A stretch of 64,000 nt of DNA, from NCBI GenBank assembly GCA_051294375.1, contig CM119270.1, forward strand, positions 19,285,572-19,349,571, read 5' to 3'. This DNA comes from Paraspadella gotoi. Taxonomy: Eukaryota > Animalia > Chaetognatha. Below the pieces are notes generated by a model. That model was not told the origin of the DNA. It ran no database searches and saw nothing but the letters and a program-made list of their open reading frames with translations. How positions within the stretch are numbered: the first letter of the stretch is position 1; the number at the start of each line of letters is the position of its first letter. Below, piece after piece: positions 58,621 through 64,000 of this stretch. The translations under genes were made by a program, and so were the position numbers.

Positions 58621-61388
58621 GTGGGACGGGACGGGGAACGGACGAACGGACGGACGGACGTACAGACAGACTGACGGACGGACATCATTTTTTTTGGCTA
58701 TTTATCATAATTCGATGTTCTGACATGATTAAGTGTGTGCCCGACAGATATTGAGGGGGCGGACCGACGGGACGAAAAAGTGAGAGTTATAAAAAGTGGA
58801 GTTATAGAGTGCGTGATCTGCTGATAAGTGCGATTCCGACTAAAAATTAAAACTAAATCCTAATTTAAGACGAAATTAGGGCGTTTCTGGGAAAATAAGG
58901 CCGTCAGGCGCGAAGGGCTCCGGAGAGTCCTTTTACCGATCAGTCGGCTAACGACTCACGGCCGTCGGCTTAATGTCTTCTCCCTCGTCGGTCAGGAATT
59001 TCGTTCCGTGTTCGGTCCAGACAGTCGGTCGTTAACTTTGTGGTCGGTCGTCGTCGGTCGGTCGGTCGGTCGCGATTGAGAATTAACCGCGTTATGTCAT
59101 CAGCGGTTAGAGTACGAGAGGCGGAAGACGAGAAAGCGCTAATCGCGTTTAAACGGTTTGATTGGAGAGGAAATAGTGGGGCCCGGGAGAGAGATAGAGA
59201 TTGGTTGATTGGCCCGAATTAATTGGTCGCAGTGGAGAGAAGCTGAGGAGAGAATTTGTCGGTAATTAGCGAAAGGTGATCGGATGACGACTGAGAGAGG
59301 GGAGGCAGGGGTCAAGAAAAAGCCTTCGAAATGTCCCCGTTGTCATGGCGACGGGTACGAAAGAGGTCTCGCTAGCTGAGGACAAATAAATGCAATGACC
59401 TCGATTAGGCGATAAATTAAGGCCAGACGATGATCTACAAGCAAATGCAAGCAACATAGAAAGATCAGCTGGAGAAACCAAACCAATAAACGAGAAACAA
59501 GGGAGAATCTCTTCTTCTTTTTNNNNNNNNNNNNNNNNNNNNNNNNNATTGACACGATTTTCAGGCGGAAAAGGTTGTGACAGTACAGACAGACGAGTAG
59601 GAAAAGAGAGATGTCTCTGAACTATCAAGATCATCGCTAATTTGCCTGAAACGATTGTGAAAAAGAAAAGCCAGAGAAATCGTGAGAAAGAATCTCAAGA
59701 TTCCATTTTCGCAACCAACTCACAATCACGATTCCTTTCTCTTGACAATCAATCAATCAAAGCAGCGTCTCAAGTCGAGTCTTTACGCGTTACAAGCTCG
59801 ATAAGCACCTCACATATCAGTCAAGCAGGCGTGAACAATCAACGACGGGGTCACGTCGACCCCGTCACGCTAGCGTCTTCCGTGACGTCAAACGTCACAC
59901 GTCACACGTCACAAAGAAAAAAAAAGAAATTCGATGACAAAGCAGATTTTTTAACCTTCGAAGTCAGAACTGCTCTCTTTCTCCAAAACGACCCATTTTT
60001 GTTTATTTATCCAAAAATTAAAATTTAATCTTAATATTTAATTTAAATGTATTTTTATACTTCTGACTCAAACCATAACCCTAATTTAAAAGCCTAATGC
60101 CAAGCCTTAACTTAATCCTAAACTTTAATTAAGCTTTAATTTAAAAAAAATAAAACTAAATCCTAATTTAAGACGAAATTGGGCGTTCTGGGAAAATAAG
60201 GCCGTCAGAGGCTCCGGAGAGTCCTTTTACCGACAGTCGGGCTAACGACTCACGGCGTCGGCTAATGTCTTCTCCCTCGTCGGTCAGGAATTCGTTCCGT
60301 GTTCGGTCAACAAGTCGGTCGTTAACTTGGTCGGTCGGTCGGTCGGTCGGTCGGTCGGTCGGTCGCGATTGAGAATTAACCGCGTTATGTCATCAGCGGT
60401 TAGAGTACGAGCGGAAGACGAGAAAGCGCTAATCGCGTTAAACGGTTGATTGGAGAGAAATAGGGGCCCGGGAGAGAGATAGAGATTGGTTGATTGGCCC
60501 CGAATTAATGGGTCGCAGGGAGAGAGCGAGAGAGAGAGAATTTCTCGGTAATTAGCGAAAGGGACGGATGACGACTGAGAGAGGGGGCAGCGGGTCAAGA
60601 AAAGAGCCTTCGAAAATGTCCCCGTTGTCATGGCGACAGGGTACGAAAGAGGTCGCTACTGAGGACAAATAAATGCAATGACCTCGATAGGCGATAAATT
60701 AAGGCAGACGATGATCTACAAGCAAATGCAAGCAACATAGAAAGATCAGCTGGAGAAACAAACCAATAAACGAAAACAAGGGAAACAACGACTACAACGA
60801 CGACAACAACAACAACAACAACGACAAAAGTTTTCAAAAAAAATGGATTTAATTTTTTTTTTTTGACAATTTGAAGTCAATTTGAGGCCTTTTTTTGTAA
60901 AGGGCGATGTGGGGCGGTGGATTAGAAGGGGGAGGAAGGGGGAGGGAAAGGGGGGGTAGGGAGGGGGAGGGAAAGGGGGGGTAGGGAGAGGGAAGGGGGA
61001 GGGGGAGAAAGACAAACAGAGTTTGGTGGCAAAGAATGTTAAATTTAGAGAAGATGACGACGGCGACAACGACGACGACTACGATGACGACGACGACAAC
61101 GAGGCCTCTTCGTGTGCATTCAATTACCAACGTGGACCCAGTTTTTACGGGGGGCGATGAAGACGACGACAACGACGACGATTGAAGACGACGAAAACGA
61201 CGACGACGACAATGATGAAGACGACGACGACGACGACGACGACGACGACCACGACGACTACGGACTGCGTCATTGAAGTTGACACGAAAAGTGACGATTT
61301 TCGATATCATTAGGGAAAGAGCTTTGATCACTCCTCTCTCTCTCTCTCTCTCCTCTCCCTCCTCTCTCTCTCTCTCTCTCTCTCCTCT

Positions 61389-61443
<55 letters not shown>

Positions 61444-62349
61444 GCTGACTCTCGGTGTGAGGAACATGCGATAAGACTCATAACGAAATTCGACTCTTTC
61501 CAAATGCGGTTTGAAAGGAGGAGGAAGAGGAGGAGGATGAAGAGGAGGAAGATGAAGAGGAGGAGAAGAAAGAAAAAGAGCAGAGGGTACACTGAATGGA
61601 ATTTGCATAATTAGAGAAAGGTGTCACGAAAGGCGTGAAGTGAGAAAATGTAGCGGGTGAAACGGTGAAGGAGATCTGTGAATCTGTGAATCACAGATGA
61701 AGGAGGGGAAATTCACTGTTGCGGGAGTGACAGCTAAAATGTGACAAGCGTGACAGTGATGAAAGGCTTGTGAGGAGAAGAACAGTGAGGTTATGTGATG
61801 GCACAAAGAAGATTGGACCGAAGAGAGTGGAATGAAAGAGAGTGCAGTGAAGAGAGTGCAGTGAAAAGGGTGAAGTGAAGAAGTTAAATATCAAGAGAAT
61901 GACGCGTTAATAGAAAGTGAAGAGAGTGCAGAGATCACCAAAAGCGTGAGAGCTTTGAAGTGGGTGATTCAATCACACAAAAATGGAGGCGGAGGAGACG
62001 GAGGCGTCAAGTTGAAAAATGTCGACCGAACGTGAGAGTGAAGAGAGAGAGACGTTGAGGAGAGAGAGGTTGTGGAGAGAGAGGATGAGGAAAGAGAGGT
62101 TAAGGAGAGAGAGTATGAGGAGAGAGAGGATGAGGAGAAAGAGAAGGAGGTGAGGGAAAGGGAATAGTAGATAAGGGAAAAGATGAGAAAGGAAATAAAG
62201 AGAAAGAAATAAAAAAGGAAAAAGGAAAAAAGAAAATTAAAAGAAGAAGGAACCGGAAAAAATGGGAAAAGTTTACCAGTGGATATCGAATCCCATTGTT
62301 TTAATTTCATCAATTTATTAATATTATAACAAATTTTAAAAAAGATATC

Positions 62350-62488
62350 CATTGAATTAATGAAATTGATACAACCAATGAAAAAACTATCCATTCATTT
62401 AATAAATAAGCTATCGTGCCCCTGATTTTGGACAGGCTTTGTTGGTTCCTGCAGGTCCCTGCAAGCTTTTAATCAAGACTCTCTCACA
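62350..62488 (-). mobile_element. Short dispersed repeat, copy 3 of 3 (internally deleted)
   Basis: The reverse complement begins TGTGAGAGAGTCTTGAT like copy 1 and lacks about 35 bp of the middle. Confidence 0.65.
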
Positions 62489-63957
62489 GTCTTGTGTAAT
62501 CAATCCCAGAGTACCTGGCTTTCCTATCAATGAAGTGATTATATTATTATTATTATTATTATTATAATATTAATATGCGAGACAAAAACAGAAGAATCAT
62601 AGAAAGATAAAAATATTGGAAGAGAAAGCTCAAAGGTGAAATCTCTCTCTCTCTCTTTCCCTATAAACAGTAAGAGAAGCGGGGGCATCAGGCGGAATCG
62701 GGAGGCATCAGGTGGCATCAGGTGGCATCAAACGGCATCAGGATAGAGAGAGAGATAATCAGCAGGCGAGGAGAGGAAACGAACGACCTCATGCGGCGAG
62801 AAAAAACGAATCGATTTTCGGTGACGAATTTTCAGCCAAAATTCATTCAAAGCTCAAGTTTTTTTTTCTTTTTTTTCTTTCTTTTTTTTTTTTTGATTTG
62901 AAATCTTTTTTGTTCTTCGCCGGCAGATTATTTGTTCCTGTCGTCGTCGTCGTCGTCGTCGTCGTCTTTTGTTAGAAATCAGCCTTTTATTTCGCTTTTT
63001 TGCCAAATTTGACAAAAATGAAAAGGGCAGGGGAAAACAGGGGAGAAAAGGGGAGAAAAGGGAAAGGACTTGATTGGGGAGGAACGAAAAGGAAAGGAAA
63101 GGAAAGAAAAGAAAAAAAAGGAAAGAAAAGAAAAGGAAAGGAAAATGAGAAACGAAGAAAAAGAAAGGAAGGGGATAAGTTAAAGATTTTTCGAAGAACC
63201 GCAGTTGAAGAGTTTTACTTGGCGTAAGGTAATCTTTTCTGTAATGCAGATATGGAATATGGCAAAGCGCATTAAAACGCTAGGGTAAGTCGAATCACGA
63301 ATAAAATGTAAAAAATATGGGTGAGTAACGCCCCTTGAAAGGCGAGGGGTAAGGACGGGCGAGGTGAGTCCTTCGAATAAACGGGACGGAAATCCTTCGC
63401 GCCTGAATTTCTGAGTTGAAGAAATGAATCGTGAATTTTATTTCATCGATCCAAAGATGAAAAGAAGAAAATATTTTTTATCTCGAGTCACAGAAAAAAA
63501 GGCTCACGTTTCACGGGCGAAGGTTTTGTGTCGTCACGTTATATGCTGCAGTCGAGAGCCTCTTGCCGCAGTTGCTGTCAACGATATTGCCGCATTAGAG
63601 GAGCTTCTAAGGGAGATTTAAGGGGAGAGTATCCTTCGTAAGCCTTTGCTCAAACAATTAGTTTATAGAAACCAATTTTAAGCGACAACAAGAAATAATA
63701 AAAACTTATTCCTCGATTTTGAAAAGAAATTTGAGCAATGTTCTTGTATGAATCAGACCGTTACGATGTACAGTAAAAAGGCTTAATACCATGAAATTGG
63801 AAGCCTTAATATGTTTGAATATTCACTTGTTTGTATGTTTACTAGAGTGTACTGTCATTTACGAAAGAAAAAAATAAGTTGAAATTTACAGCTAAACTTT
63901 ATTGTGTCATTAACTAAGAATATCATTTTCCAAAAAAAAGTAAAAAGAAAAAATATT

Positions 63958-64000
<43 letters not shown>

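Larger units (their letters stand above)
55965..58841 (+). mobile_element. ~2.9-kb non-autonomous Helentron (HINE/DINE-1-like) element
   Basis: Absent from the duplicate (empty site TTTAAAAAAAATAAAAC at about 60140-60156). Inserted in an A-run with no clear TSD and starts AACAAG. Subterminal IRs GTCGGATCTGC (55985) and GCGATTCCGAC (58830), with a partial IR GATCTGC (58815). GGAC/AGAC microsatellite at 58620-58683 and internal tandem repeats. Confidence 0.8.
55354..60782 (+). repeat. Duplicated locus: 55354-55964 is like 59548-60148, and 58843-59505 is like 60149-60782 (filled and empty alleles side by side)
   Basis: Colinear matches on both sides of the 25-N gap at 59523; differences are mostly indels. 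Confidence 0.9.

Noticed and set aside
63424-63621. Ankyrin-like peptide LAAVAVNDIAALEELL
   Set aside because: A single short helix-like match with no repeat or clear exon structure.

Overview
Eukaryotic, AT-rich, microsatellite-dense genomic DNA, probably from an invertebrate animal. It looks like a draft scaffold gap-filled with poorly polished long reads: many N gaps (seven of exactly 25 N) and indel-dominated differences between duplicated blocks. No prokaryotic operons, rRNA or CRISPR arrays are present, and most ORF-track entries are low-complexity artefacts. Supportable content: (i) a spliced minus-strand XK-related (XKR scramblase family) gene, about 45455-42352, apparently with a long multi-pass C-terminal extension; (ii) a ~2.9 kb non-autonomous Helentron/DINE-1-like element (about 55965-58841) with its empty allele at about 60145 and a second copy at the window start; (iii) a heavily frameshifted family-B, probably protein-primed (Polinton/Maverick-like) DNA polymerase relic at about 26.3-28.4 kb; (iv) a gene-dense, apparently intron-less block of unidentified ORFs in a ~5.1 kb tandem duplication that is probably an assembly artefact; (v) candidate host exons, including an FN3-like pair; (vi) a ~2.8 kb inverted duplication, a three-copy dispersed repeat and many mini/microsatellites. 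All alignments and translations were done by eye, so coordinates are approximate.
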